A stretch of 64,000 bases of DNA from a virus (IMGVR_UViG_3300042914_003272:11164-75163), one strand, 5' to 3'; positions 48,754 through 59,290 are shown, counted from the first letter of the stretch. Notes: generated by a model not told the origin, from the sequence alone. Translations and numbers: made by a program.

Positions 48754-49167
48754 GTGAACGAAATGGGATTTGATATCAAAGCTCACATTGAGGTTAAGAT
48801 TGACAAACAATGGCATCACTACTCTTGTCCGTCAATTCTCAGGAATTACGAGTTAATGGATTTTCTAGGTGCGGAAAATTTATACCACTACAATCGGTTT
48901 AAAGCTAAAGGTTTGCCTGAAGACATCTCTGTAGTCACCCGTATTGCCTACAATAAAGACACAACCAACTTATTCAACCCTTCTTGGCTTACTCCCGATG
49001 AGTTGAAGATAGTCTCTAGCAAATTTCCACAATTAGACCCATTCAATATTATGCGAGGTAATGAGTTGGGATACCTTTTCGACAATTCAGTCGAAAGGTT
49101 TTACCAATACCGGGAAGATTACCCTCAAGAAATTGAGGACGTAAGGATAGTATTTTGGTTTAAATAA
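48754..49167 (+). CDS. conserved phage hypothetical protein
   Basis: MGxDI...RNY.L..L...KGLPED.S...SWLT..EL...RIVFWF; likely start ATG 48763. Confidence 0.65.
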   Translation: MNEMGFDIKAHIEVKIDKQWHHYSCPSILRNYELMDFLGAENLYHYNRFKAKGLPEDISVVTRIAYNKDTTNLFNPSWLTPDELKIVSSKFPQLDPFNIMRGNELGYLFDNSVERFYQYREDYPQEIEDVRIVFWFK

Positions 49168-49211
49168 TTAGGGCTAGGAGTGAGTTATTTAATTTAACTC
49201 ACTCACACTGC

Positions 49212-49559
49212 ATGAAGCAGACGTTTACCCATCAAACTAGTTTTCCTTTAGGAGTAGGAGTAGTTATGGATTTTACAAAATTAAAAACATTAAAGGAAAT
49301 CACCAACAAGGCAAATAAGGTTACGCATTGGACGCCCATCCGAGGAGGTATCGAATACATAAACAATCTTCAGTCCCAATATGTTGCTGACACAGAACAG
49401 AAGGTGTTTGAGGACTACCAAGACATACAGGATTGGGATTTTTCAGATTATGAGTTGGCTCAAAATGTTGTTCCTGGAGAAGTTTACAACTTACCTCCTA
49501 ATGCAGTAATTATTGAAAACAGTGAAGACGGTACATTGTTTGCTGTATCTTTTGAGTAG
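49212..49559 (+). CDS. hypothetical protein
   Basis: AGGAG RBS before ATG 49266. Confidence 0.5.
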   Translation: MKQTFTHQTSFPLGVGVVMDFTKLKTLKEITNKANKVTHWTPIRGGIEYINNLQSQYVADTEQKVFEDYQDIQDWDFSDYELAQNVVPGEVYNLPPNAVIIENSEDGTLFAVSFE

Positions 49560-49592
49560 TCTTAGGAAACAACGGCTAACGCCTTACTAGTC

Positions 49593-49973
49593 TTGGAGAT
49601 AACCATTTTCTTGATGTCGAGAAAATGGTTTAAATCGGTACTAAATAAATTAGGAGTAGTTGAGAAAGTGTTTACAAGAAAACAATACATGGCAAATGAA
49701 TGTACTCACCGCGAGTATTATGGTCAATTTGTGACTGATGAGATTAAACAAGCAGTGTTAAGGGTGTTTTCCAGGGAGAAATTAGTTCATGCTTTTAAGA
49801 AAGATGAAGATTTTAATACTCTGCCTTTACACCAGTGGGATTTCATACCTTATGAGTTCTCTGAATTTGCTAAAGCAATGAAAGAGGCTAACGGTAATAG
49901 TAGTATCTCTCTAAGTGATTGCGTTTGCACTTCTAAGGAAGCTGCTAGACAAATCATAGAAGAAATCGAATAA
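49593..49973 (+). CDS. hypothetical protein
   Basis: After class B motif 49575. Confidence 0.55.
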   Translation: MEITIFLMSRKWFKSVLNKLGVVEKVFTRKQYMANECTHREYYGQFVTDEIKQAVLRVFSREKLVHAFKKDEDFNTLPLHQWDFIPYEFSEFAKAMKEANGNSSISLSDCVCTSKEAARQIIEEIE

Positions 49974-50029
49974 GTTCTGCATAAACATGACATATCAACA
50001 ACCCAAGCAAAGTATCAAGGAGTATTATC

Positions 50030-50335
50030 ATGTCTAACTCATTTGACTATAAATTCAATGGCTCTTTGCAGAAAGAACTGCCAGCAATAGAAATCATCGA
50101 GGATGATGCCATGAAAAATGCAACTACAGTCCTATTTGATAACAAGGATAAAAAATATATTCAAATACTAGGGACTAAGGTAGAGACTGATTTAGTTGGT
50201 GGGAAAAGACAGGAAATTGAATGGACAAAAACCCCCAATAAAGAAGAGGCAACAAGATTTTCTGCTGATGCAGCCAGAATTGCACAAGAAAAAACAGTAG
50301 GCTACAGCAACACCATAAGTCATTTATTGGCATAA
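50030..50335 (+). CDS. hypothetical protein
   Basis: AAGGAG RBS. Confidence 0.55.
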   Translation: MSNSFDYKFNGSLQKELPAIEIIEDDAMKNATTVLFDNKDKKYIQILGTKVETDLVGGKRQEIEWTKTPNKEEATRFSADAARIAQEKTVGYSNTISHLLA

Positions 50336-50484
50336 TGTCTAGAAAGTCAGAGAGCGTTATGCCCTCTGTCTCCCCGGATTACAAAGCCGAACTCGAAAAA
50401 CTCTCCCTAGAGTTCGGCTGTTTATGGGGTGAAAATCCCAATCACTGAAGAACTGAGCAAGCTTGTCCTAGAAACTGACCTAGA

Positions 50485-51834
50485 TTACCAGGTCTGCTGA
50501 ACCATATTTTTAAACTGAGTATATTCAGCATCGAACAACAACTTTACAGTTCCTGTTGGTCCATTTCTGTGTTTAGCAATTATAATCTCTGCTAAACCCT
50601 TATCCATGGTTTCGGAATTGTAATACTCATCCCTGTACAAAAACATTGCTATATCTGCTTCTTGCTCAATACTTCCGCTTTCACGTAAGTCACTTAGCAT
50701 AGGACGTTTATTTGTTCTTGCTTCTACGGCACGACTTAATTGAGATAGAGCTATAACAGGACAATGGAGTTCTCTAGCCATTTGTTTTAACATTCTAGTG
50801 ATGTATGACAATTCACTTACCCTGTTGTCTTTCCCATCAAATCTAGGGTCAGACATTAGTTGTAGGTAATCTATCATTACCAAACCAAGTTGCCCTTGTT
50901 CACTGGCTAAACTACGGCATTGGCTGTTAATAACTCCAACACTAACATTACCAGTATCACAGATGTGAATGTTGGGACTTATATTCCTGGTAGCAAGTTG
51001 TAAACTATCCCATTGTTCTTTAGTTAATTTCCCCGTCTTCAATGCAATAGATGGAACTTTTGCATCAGCACCTTGCATTCTATTTACTAATTGTTCTTTA
51101 CTCATTTCCAGAGAAAAGATAGCAACAGGTAAATTGTGTTGGGTGGCAATATACTTGGAAATATTTACCGCAATTGCTGTTTTTCCCATACTTGGTCTAC
51201 CAGCAACTATGATTAAATCACTTCTCTGGAATCCCGCAGTCATGGCATCTAAATCATAGAAACCACAGGGAATACCAGGAGGAATTAAACCATTGGCAAC
51301 ATTAATTGTGTGGTTAAAATTCACCGCAGCAATGGTGTTAGCGTTGGTAAAAATGGCTTTTCTACCTGATTGAGTAACAGCATAAATCTTCTGTTCTGCT
51401 ATATTTTTTACCTCATCAATAGATAAATCGGTTTGATGTCCTAATTGAATTAACTCATTTCCAGTTTTGATAAGTTGCCTACGGTCATATTTTTCTATTA
51501 CTAATTCTGCCAAGGCATCAATATTAACAGCACAAACTACGCTGTCTGTCAATGTTGCCAGTTTATTCCTACCACCAATCCTCATTAATTTATCGTGGTC
51601 AGTCAACCAACTTGTTATTGATAATAAATCCGTTGGTTTACCTTGAGAGTGTAAAACTACAGCAGCATCGTAAATAATGCCGTGGTCACTAAGGTAAAAC
51701 ATTTCAGGACGTAGTTTATCTATTACCCTAGAAATTGCATCTGGGTCTAATAAAATACCACCTAGAATCGCTGCTTCTGCTTCCATGTTTTGTGGGGGTA
51801 AAGACGGATTACCACTAAAGTTTAGTTTTGACAT
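50485..51834 (-). CDS. dnaB: replicative DNA helicase DnaB
   Basis: PPQN.EAE..ILGGILLDP, AGRPSMGKT, FSLEM, IDYLQL, LSQLSR, DLRESGSIEQ, KHRNGPTG; cyanobacterial-type, no intein. Confidence 0.97.
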   Translation of the reverse strand: MSKLNFSGNPSLPPQNMEAEAAILGGILLDPDAISRVIDKLRPEMFYLSDHGIIYDAAVVLHSQGKPTDLLSITSWLTDHDKLMRIGGRNKLATLTDSVVCAVNIDALAELVIEKYDRRQLIKTGNELIQLGHQTDLSIDEVKNIAEQKIYAVTQSGRKAIFTNANTIAAVNFNHTINVANGLIPPGIPCGFYDLDAMTAGFQRSDLIIVAGRPSMGKTAIAVNISKYIATQHNLPVAIFSLEMSKEQLVNRMQGADAKVPSIALKTGKLTKEQWDSLQLATRNISPNIHICDTGNVSVGVINSQCRSLASEQGQLGLVMIDYLQLMSDPRFDGKDNRVSELSYITRMLKQMARELHCPVIALSQLSRAVEARTNKRPMLSDLRESGSIEQEADIAMFLYRDEYYNSETMDKGLAEIIIAKHRNGPTGTVKLLFDAEYTQFKNMVQQTW

Positions 51835-51928
51835 AACTGTTAACCTGTTTATTTTGCTATTAAATCTTCAATGCCAATAAGGCAATAGCCTATGATGTTT
51901 AATTCATAGGCTACTATAAATAGTATAA

Positions 51929-52132
51929 TTACTCTTGAGGAGTGGGTGGTGCTATTCCAGCAATCCTTTTAGCATCTAAAAAGATTATCTTTGCATTGAT
52001 ATTGTTGGCTCTTTGTTGTTCTTCCAAAATACTTACAAGTTCATTTTGATTCATAGGTGCTTTTGACTTAACAGTGGTAGTGCCTTGATAGCCTTCACTG
52101 TCTTTGTAGTGAACTATGTAGGTTACAGCCAT
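51929..52132 (-). CDS. hypothetical protein
   Basis: AGGAG RBS, 67 aa. Confidence 0.5.
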   Translation of the reverse strand: MAVTYIVHYKDSEGYQGTTTVKSKAPMNQNELVSILEEQQRANNINAKIIFLDAKRIAGIAPPTPQE

Positions 52133-52193
52133 TTTCTTTTCTCCTGTTAGTTGGTAAAATTTAGCAAACGAAATGTTTGTTTAGAAACCTCAC

Positions 52194-53285
52194 TTACGCC
52201 ACATTCCTTAAATTACTCAATACTTTGTTTTTGTCTGCAAGCATATTGGGGAAATTGTCAGGGAATGTTTTACTAATCCACAATTCCCAGACATCTATCT
52301 CAGCTTGAGATTTGGTGTAATGGAACTTAGATAAGTCACATTTACATTCCAAATATTCTTTGTATTGAGTTTTTACCCAAGCCCAAGAGGTTTTAACCCA
52401 TGAAGGAAGATTATCTATTTCCTTCAACACTCTAGCGGCGTTAGCCGCAGGTGATGTGGTGTACTCCTGGAAATCCAACATCATGGCTTCAATTAAAGCT
52501 AAACCCTGCTCATCATATTCTCGTTTAGCAAGCCATATCATAACTTGACCAGAAGTAATTTCTTTGCCTTCGTAATGCGGTGTCCTGGGTAGATAAACTT
52601 CTTTAAGGTATTTAACTACGTCAGGTTTATATTGGTGTTTGCCAAGACTAGTCCTCCAAGGCTGCAAGGGTTTAGGCTTCCATTTGTCCTCAAACTTCTG
52701 GGTAGAAGAATAAGTGTTTTGTAGTGGAAGTGGTTGGTATTCTAGAGGTACTGAGGGTGGAAGTGTTGGTATTGAATCTACTACTGGAAACTCCTGTAGT
52801 GGACTAGCCATCTCGCGCACAGGGAAATCCAATACTGGTAAGAGTTCTAACTCTTTTATCTCTTCTACTTGCATACCCTCAAACCCTGATTCTACCGTTG
52901 TAGGCTGGTCTAGTATGTCTGTACTGGGATTACAAGTTTCTATAATCAGCTTGAACAAACCAGAGATATCTAACTTATAAAGAATGTTTTGTTTAGACCC
53001 TACTTTCTTTTCCTCAAGAATACCTAATGCTTTTAGTTTTTTGCGGGCTGCATCTAACTCTCTGCGAGTGAGATAGGTAAGTTCATGCCATTGCTGGTAG
53101 GTTTTTTCAAGCCACTTATTCTCTTCCTTTATAGCTTGTGTCCAGTGGTAGAGTTGGCTTAGGAACAATCCCTCTGTTGCTCCACCACCTACTCTTGCAA
53201 AGATTTGATGAAAGCTGATGGGAGAAGAAAGTAGACTAGAAATTAAATTAAATGTTGTCGAATTAAAATCTTGTGCTATATTCAT
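52194..53285 (-). CDS. putative replication initiator (phage O-like N-terminal wHTH)
   Basis: ISFH..FARV.GG...GLFLSQL..W...W..KT..QW..LT.L.RRE...ARKKL...G.LEE; upstream of dnaB. Confidence 0.65.
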   Translation of the reverse strand: MNIAQDFNSTTFNLISSLLSSPISFHQIFARVGGGATEGLFLSQLYHWTQAIKEENKWLEKTYQQWHELTYLTRRELDAARKKLKALGILEEKKVGSKQNILYKLDISGLFKLIIETCNPSTDILDQPTTVESGFEGMQVEEIKELELLPVLDFPVREMASPLQEFPVVDSIPTLPPSVPLEYQPLPLQNTYSSTQKFEDKWKPKPLQPWRTSLGKHQYKPDVVKYLKEVYLPRTPHYEGKEITSGQVMIWLAKREYDEQGLALIEAMMLDFQEYTTSPAANAARVLKEIDNLPSWVKTSWAWVKTQYKEYLECKCDLSKFHYTKSQAEIDVWELWISKTFPDNFPNMLADKNKVLSNLRNVA

Positions 53286-53399
53286 GGTGTGACTCCAAGA
53301 GGTTTAAGCAAATGAGTGAGTCGCCAATCCCCGAATGTTTCCAGCATTGCGGGGTCTTTATTTTGGAAACTTAAATAAAGAATATCATAAATAAAGAGC

Positions 53400-53738
53400 C
53401 TACACATATCTCTCTACCTCCCATTCTTCACTATTCCTGTTGAAGTGGTAAGTGTAAGGGTTATTCCGTCCCTCTCTATGACGATGAAATATTTTTAGCT
53501 TGACAAGTAAGCCTAGTTGCCTTTGCACTGTAGCTATATCAAGCCCAGCAAGTCCTGCTATGATTTCATTGGTTATGCAACAACCGCAATCTTTTAATGC
53601 ACCTTGATAGATTAATGTTTGACCTACTATCTTTACTGATGGAAGTAAATTTGCCCTAAGTATTGACTCATAAGCAAAAAGGTAGAAGTGGAGTCTTTTA
53701 TTATTTTCTTGATTATCAGTATTGCAAAATGCGACCAT
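53400..53738 (-). CDS. winged-HTH protein (HTH_36-like)
   Basis: TNEIIAGLAGLDIATVQRQLGLLVKL...Y.Y. Confidence 0.65.
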   Translation of the reverse strand: MVAFCNTDNQENNKRLHFYLFAYESILRANLLPSVKIVGQTLIYQGALKDCGCCITNEIIAGLAGLDIATVQRQLGLLVKLKIFHRHREGRNNPYTYHFNRNSEEWEVERYV

Positions 53739-54105
53739 AGAGAATATAGTTAGGGGTATAACTGAACCAAGGCAAAAGCTATCAACCTTGGTATGAGTTG
53801 GGTACGAACCAACTTGAGATTGACCGCTTTTGCTTAAATTCCGTTTATTTTGCTAATAAACCTGCCGTTAACTGCGGTGGGTTTTTTTTTCTACTTTACT
53901 ATAGCATCACTTTAGACACATGGGAAGTGATTTGGCTCAGTTATATTTACTACTTTTGATAGATGATTCTATTTTTAAACAGTGCATTTAACTAGAATGT
54001 TACACCAATGCAATATTGTTGCAGTCAGGCTAGAAGTGATATAGCATGAATGCAAGGCTAACGCCTTAGTGATTGTGAAGCAAAATAAACGGATAGGTTT
54101 GGACA

Positions 54106-54378
54106 ATGTTGCAAACTAAACAAGACCTTTTACTAGACCTTCTTCAGGATGGTCAATGGCATTACTCAGATGAGCTTTCCAAAATTGCTGATGCCAGATA
54201 CGGTGATGCAGTTCACAAGTTACGGAAAAAGGGATGTAATATTCTTATTCTGAAAGAAGGTAGTTGTAGTTCTTTACCTAAACTCTCTCAGTCTGGGCAA
54301 AAATCTTATTACAGACTGGCTAACGCCAGAGAAATGGTGATGGAAACTTTAGGGAATCAGTTGAGTTTGTTTCACTAA
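54106..54378 (+). CDS. HTH domain protein
   Basis: LLDLLQDGQWH...EL...RY..AVH.LRKKG. Confidence 0.6.
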   Translation: MLQTKQDLLLDLLQDGQWHYSDELSKIADARYGDAVHKLRKKGCNILILKEGSCSSLPKLSQSGQKSYYRLANAREMVMETLGNQLSLFH

Positions 54379-54401
54379 ATTATCTAAAGGATTTTACTAC
54401 C

Positions 54402-54656
54402 ATGTCATATCAATTAGCGACGATGGCTGATGCTCAAGCAATGGAGTTCTCAGTCAAGGATTACTCATGCCTTCCAGATTTTCCCAATGCGGTAACTGAG
54501 GACGAGTTGGACTACTGCAATGGAGTTGATGATGCCAAGTCTTTTATGAATGGGCAAATAGATAAACCACAAAGGATTCATTCTGCTCATTACATGGCTG
54601 GTTGGAATTGGCAGTTAACTTACTTTTTTAACCCAGAATTTTTGGTGAAAGAGTAG
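54402..54656 (+). CDS. hypothetical protein
   Basis: After class B motif 54319. Confidence 0.5.
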   Translation: MSYQLATMADAQAMEFSVKDYSCLPDFPNAVTEDELDYCNGVDDAKSFMNGQIDKPQRIHSAHYMAGWNWQLTYFFNPEFLVKE

Positions 54657-54713
54657 ACAATAAGTTCTCATTCGTATAAACTTAAAACAGCAAAGTAAAC
54701 AGGAATTAAAACC

Positions 54714-54950
54714 ATGGCTAAATCAGAAAAAACATTAACTCACAAATCATTGGCACGAGAGCTAGAGACTCTTGTCAAGAGATATTCAGAAGTTGAAGAT
54801 GAAACTGTAAAAGAAGCTTGCGGCATCTTGACTCAAATCCGCGAACCTCTATCTCTTTCCCCTGCCTATTTCCTTCCAGTAGTAGATTTTTTTGCTGGTG
54901 ATGAAGCCCGTGATGGCTTAGAAGGGTTTCTTCAAAATCGCTTGAAATAG
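54714..54950 (+). CDS. hypothetical protein
   Basis: GCAAAGTAAAC leader, AGGA RBS. Confidence 0.5.
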   Translation: MAKSEKTLTHKSLARELETLVKRYSEVEDETVKEACGILTQIREPLSLSPAYFLPVVDFFAGDEARDGLEGFLQNRLK

Positions 54951-55133
54951 TGCGCGGCTAACGCCTTAGTAGTTGTGAGGGAGTTTTAGCTTTAGCTCTG
55001 CAAAGCATAAAATTCCCTTTTGATTTATCTGTACTTTCCTCAACACTTATGAAGCGTTAGCTTCCTTAACCTTGAGGAATAACTTCTCAACAAGAATCAC
55101 AAAGTCTTATTTAGAATCACAAGGAACAAAAGA

Positions 55134-56021
55134 ATGACTGCAACTTTAGATATGTTTACTCAAGATGAGTTCCGTGGAAATATTGGCAAGCTTCCAGTTT
55201 GTCAGTTGTTGAACTCGGAAAGCCGTCCCGGGCTATTTGTAAAAGAAAAAGATGCTAAGTTGGCGGGATGGAATGATGGTATTGTTGGTGAGTATGATAA
55301 ATACACTCATCAATATAGGGATAAAGAGAAAACTAAAGAATCTGGGTTTTTCTTTTCTTCACCCAAGCTCCATATCCTGGGCGTCAGCCCACGTTTAGTG
55401 GAGGTTACTAAGAAAGGAGCGGAATTGGGTTTAGGTAAAATTGGGGCTATACTCCAATCGTATGAAAACGAAATAGGTCAATACATTCACCACAACCCTG
55501 AGACTAAAGGTGGGACTTCTTTAAGAACCTTTTACCTGATTCAATTGTTAGATTCCAAAGGCGAGTTTATTCACAGTTTGCCTTTAGTTCTTTCCGTTAA
55601 AGGCGCGGCGGCTGCAACATTCGGAAAGGCTTGGGATGCTTTTGGCAAACTCGCTGAGTCTGCTTACACAAAAAACTATTCTTCAGATGGAGAATACTTG
55701 ACTTTAAATGAACAGGCTAAAGCTTGTTTAATATTTAATCCCAAGTTCACGGGTGAATTAGTTGGTGAGGAGAACCAGTCTTTTGTGTGTGTTGTAGAGT
55801 CATTTGCAGAGCCTAGCAGTAAATCAAAAGCTGAATTAGAACGGTCGTTCAATATGCCTAAGTATGGACGGATTCAAGGTACTCGGAAATCATTTGCTGC
55901 TTTTGCAGACAGGATTCTTAAACAACTTGAAGAGTTTCATCCTATTAATGGCAATCTTAACCTACTTGATGAGCCACAACCTATAAAGTCAGCATTACCA
56001 CCAGGTGAACTTGACTACTAA
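55134..56021 (+). CDS. DUF5895-like cyanobacterial/phage protein (putative ssDNA-binding/recombination)
   Basis: LP.CQLLN..GLFV...AGW...LH.LPL.L..KG.A.A.F; adjacent to Gp157. Confidence 0.55.
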   Translation: MTATLDMFTQDEFRGNIGKLPVCQLLNSESRPGLFVKEKDAKLAGWNDGIVGEYDKYTHQYRDKEKTKESGFFFSSPKLHILGVSPRLVEVTKKGAELGLGKIGAILQSYENEIGQYIHHNPETKGGTSLRTFYLIQLLDSKGEFIHSLPLVLSVKGAAAATFGKAWDAFGKLAESAYTKNYSSDGEYLTLNEQAKACLIFNPKFTGELVGEENQSFVCVVESFAEPSSKSKAELERSFNMPKYGRIQGTRKSFAAFADRILKQLEEFHPINGNLNLLDEPQPIKSALPPGELDY

Positions 56022-56128
56022 ATAAACCACAAGGGAGGCTACAAGGTCTCCCTTAATTATTTAACTAGTTGAATAAATGGCTAACGCCTTAGTGTTGGTG
56101 ATAGAAATTAGAGGAAGAGGAACAGACA

Positions 56129-56695
56129 ATGACTAACACAATTAATAAACTATCATACTATTCCCATGAACTCCAAGCTATCTGGGAAGACTTTGATGAG
56201 TACATCGAAGCCGGAGAGGGTGAAGTAATAGAACGTATTTCCGTACTACAAGAATCTATTCCTGAATTGGTAGATTTTGTAGTAAATGAAATGGATGATT
56301 TGGAGATAGCTTTAGTTGGGGCAGAGGCTGAACTCAAAGCAGCCAAAGAGAAGTATCAGTTAAGAGTTGATTCTATCAAGAAACAAATTCAATCCCGCAC
56401 TGATGTCTTGATTAAACTTTATCAAAAAAATATTCTCACAGAAGAAACCATAGGAACTTCTAAAAGAATTACCTTTTCACTTAACCCTCCCAAGGTTGAG
56501 GAGTTACTGATTGACCCGTCTTCTCCCGAGTTTCCTGAACAGTTTAGAGAAGCTAGGGTTGAATATATTCCCTTGAAAAAAGAATTGTTAGCCGCTCACA
56601 AAAGAGGTGAAGATGTTGGCAAAATTGCTAAAGTTTCTAGAGGCATTAAAGTTGGCTTTAAACCTATTTCAGGAACTAATGGAAGAAAAGTTTGA
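56129..56695 (+). CDS. Siphovirus Gp157-like protein
   Basis: Coiled coil then NPPKV...P..FR......KKELL.A.K.GE.V. Confidence 0.7.
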   Translation: MTNTINKLSYYSHELQAIWEDFDEYIEAGEGEVIERISVLQESIPELVDFVVNEMDDLEIALVGAEAELKAAKEKYQLRVDSIKKQIQSRTDVLIKLYQKNILTEETIGTSKRITFSLNPPKVEELLIDPSSPEFPEQFREARVEYIPLKKELLAAHKRGEDVGKIAKVSRGIKVGFKPISGTNGRKV

Positions 56696-56891
56696 ACCTA
56701 TAAAACCCGAAGTTGCTGACATAGTTGGTGGATGTTTTGATGGTAAGTATATGGCTGTTGTTCACTATAAAGATAAAGTATTTGGCATCAAAGAAACTAG
56801 TGAACGTCAGCTTTTTGAGTCAATCAAAATAGCAATTCAAAGAAGGAGTGGACTTGATAATGACTTACGCAGAAATTCAAACAATGATTGA
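56679..56891 (+). CDS. hypothetical protein
   Basis: ATG 56679 (MEEKFEP) overlaps previous gene end. Confidence 0.45.
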   Translation: MEEKFEPIKPEVADIVGGCFDGKYMAVVHYKDKVFGIKETSERQLFESIKIAIQRRSGLDNDLRRNSNND

Positions 56892-57111
56892 TAGAATTAG
56901 AAGTCTAGGTGGTACAGTTAATTTCTGTCACCCTGAATCTATGCCTCAATCTATTTGTCTAATTGATTGGGGATTGCCTCTTAAAAGGATTGTCAAAACA
57001 GGTTATATGCCTGAGATTCTAATTCAAGCCTCTGATGAGTTCTTTAAAATGATTGAAGAAATTATTGAAGAAGGAATCAAGGAAGTAGAAGAAGAGTCTC
57101 ACGCAGCCTAG
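56848..57111 (+). CDS. hypothetical protein
   Basis: AAGGAG RBS. Confidence 0.5.
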   Translation: MDLIMTYAEIQTMIDRIRSLGGTVNFCHPESMPQSICLIDWGLPLKRIVKTGYMPEILIQASDEFFKMIEEIIEEGIKEVEEESHAA

Positions 57112-57204
57112 CAATTAAGGTGTTAGTTGAGTTAAAGAACTTGGCTAACGCCAATTTAGTAGTGATGAAAGATGTTCTTGTTTTAAAAGGATGGGATTAA
57201 AATA

Positions 57205-57369
57205 ATGGCTTTAACACAAACAAAGAAACACATTCTTTTTGATTACATAATGTCTAATATGGCTGGATACGAGAGCAGGGGGATACTTATTGAGCCGTCT
57301 TTAATATATGCACTTAAAGAAGGTGTTGACAAACATCTAAAAGGCGAACTTGATGTTTTTGACATTTAA
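57205..57369 (+). CDS. small hypothetical protein (54 aa)
   Basis: Manual translation MALTQTKKHIL...; after class B motif 57144. Confidence 0.45.
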   Translation: MALTQTKKHILFDYIMSNMAGYESRGILIEPSLIYALKEGVDKHLKGELDVFDI

Positions 57370-57507
57370 AAATGGAAAATTGGGGGATTAGAAGATGAGC
57401 ATATCAGCCTACCTTTATCATCTCACAGAAGATATAGAGTTAATGGAATACGAGACTATTTTGCTTCAAAGACACACTCTCTTTTGTAAAGCAATTCTAT
57501 TATTTGT

Positions 57508-57915
57508 ATGCAAATAACTGAAATAGACCCCTACCACTATGATGGTAGTTTTAAGATTGGGGTGAAAGGCATCACCCTAAATTTCTTTGTAAAACATTTT
57601 GGTAAAACTTATGTTGAGTATTGCCAAATTGACAACAGATTTCCTAATTCTCACTTTGAGCTTTCACTCAATACTACTGGAAGTAAAGTTAGGGCTGTAG
57701 TAGAATGTTATAAAGGTCAAGAGGTTCTCTTTTTTAGGGAATATAAATCTTGGACTAGAAGGCAATTCAAAAAGTTAAACAAAGAATGTGTCCTCAATGA
57801 GTTTTATTGCTGGTTTGTCCTACAATATGGTAATCATCTCCCTAAGCCTATTCAGGTGAAAGAGTATGGTAAACCAGTAAAGTTTATTTACCCAAAGAAA
57901 AAAGAACAAGGCTAA
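57508..57915 (+). CDS. hypothetical protein
   Basis: 135-aa ORF; stop codon is the TAA of the class B motif. Confidence 0.55.
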   Translation: MQITEIDPYHYDGSFKIGVKGITLNFFVKHFGKTYVEYCQIDNRFPNSHFELSLNTTGSKVRAVVECYKGQEVLFFREYKSWTRRQFKKLNKECVLNEFYCWFVLQYGNHLPKPIQVKEYGKPVKFIYPKKKEQG

Positions 57916-57959
57916 CGCATTAGCATTGGTCAGAGTAAAACTAATTAGGAGTAGTTAAA

Positions 57960-58367
57960 ATGCCAAACGTTGAAGAAATCAAACGACAAGATACAATTCA
58001 ACTTAAAGAAACCTTAAGTCTACCAAAAGACTGGAAAGTTGAAAGAATAGAGCAAAGGGATATTTCTTACTTTATTCCCAGATGCTATATGTACGAATGG
58101 CAGTATAGGGATGAAGAGGATTTAATCTGTACACCATTAGCAATTTTGTGTCAGGTTAAGGAGAAATCTTCTTCTGGCTACTGTTACTGGCATGGTGTAA
58201 GATTTCACCCTTTCACAAAAGAGTTTATTTATTGCTCATCTGGATTTGGTACTCAGGGTTATGGGTTGGAGCAGTCTTCAGAAAAAGTAATGTCATGGGA
58301 TGATTGTCTAAAACAGTTTGACCATTTAGCTGAACCCATTTTAGTTAATCAGGACATTTTTGATTAA
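57960..58367 (+). CDS. hypothetical protein
   Basis: AGGAG RBS after class B motif 57911. Confidence 0.6.
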   Translation: MPNVEEIKRQDTIQLKETLSLPKDWKVERIEQRDISYFIPRCYMYEWQYRDEEDLICTPLAILCQVKEKSSSGYCYWHGVRFHPFTKEFIYCSSGFGTQGYGLEQSSEKVMSWDDCLKQFDHLAEPILVNQDIFD

Positions 58368-58449
58368 CTAATTTGTTCTTCCTCGTTAGGGAAGAACAAG
58401 GCTAACGCCTGAATGTTTGTGAAAGTAAAATTAGTTAGGAGTAGTTAAA

Positions 58450-59010
58450 ATGATTTACCCAGAAATTTCCATTTTCAAATACGCTGAAGTTAGCCGCTAC
58501 GTTGCTGACACCATTTCGGTTAAGCAGTCAGATAGTAATTTCATGACTGACACCATTCACATGGGTAAAGGTGGTTGCAAAAAGGTGATTGAAAAAGTAC
58601 ACGCACCTAAAGAAGAATGCACTCACATCTCCATTAATGGAGTATCTTTTGACCCCAAAGGTAACGTCGCAAAACATTACAAAGGAAGGTATTATTCTCA
58701 TGAATACGAGTTTGAGCTATCTCAATACCCTGAACTCCATCAGTGGGTTTTGTCTTGTAATCTTTGGGAGCAATCCACTTGCCCAGGTGGAGATTTCCAT
58801 ATAAGAAAAGAAGCCATAATCCAAAATGGAGATACTTTTCCTCGTCCAGTCATAAAAATCTTAAAAGGCGTAGCCGTAAAAGAAAGACTTGACTACGACA
58901 ACTGGTATTCAATTGTTGGTACGCCCCAAGCATACCATGACGGAATGTTGCCTTTTATCTTATGGGCTGAAAGATTGATGGTAGAGGCTGAGATTTTAAT
59001 AGTAGATTAA
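58450..59010 (+). CDS. hypothetical protein
   Basis: AGGAG RBS after class B motif 58401. Confidence 0.6.
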   Translation: MIYPEISIFKYAEVSRYVADTISVKQSDSNFMTDTIHMGKGGCKKVIEKVHAPKEECTHISINGVSFDPKGNVAKHYKGRYYSHEYEFELSQYPELHQWVLSCNLWEQSTCPGGDFHIRKEAIIQNGDTFPRPVIKILKGVAVKERLDYDNWYSIVGTPQAYHDGMLPFILWAERLMVEAEILIVD

Positions 59011-59290
59011 ATCTACTGCTGCAAACTTTCACTCCCTAACCTCTAATAAAGGCGAAAATGCCCCCCGTTATAGACTAATTCTGAAAAAGATTATAAAACA
59101 CCCCCAATTAGCAATAATTGGGGGATAGACGTGAACTGGAGGTACATAATGAAGATTAGGAATAAAAAATACTTTGTAGTTTTCAGTGTAAAAACCAAAA
59201 AAATTACCTTGATTTTCACTGACGATGGGATTAAGGGAGGTCAATTTTGGGACGTAGCGGATAAAAGTAATTGGGGCAAAATATAAAGTT

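Noticed and set aside
50485-51834. Intein in DnaB, as in many cyanobacterial dnaB genes
   Set aside because: The protein is 449 aa and continuous through RESGSIEQ
53750-53830. Possible tRNA
   Set aside because: No cloverleaf, T-loop or acceptor stem; I recognised no tRNA anywhere in the window
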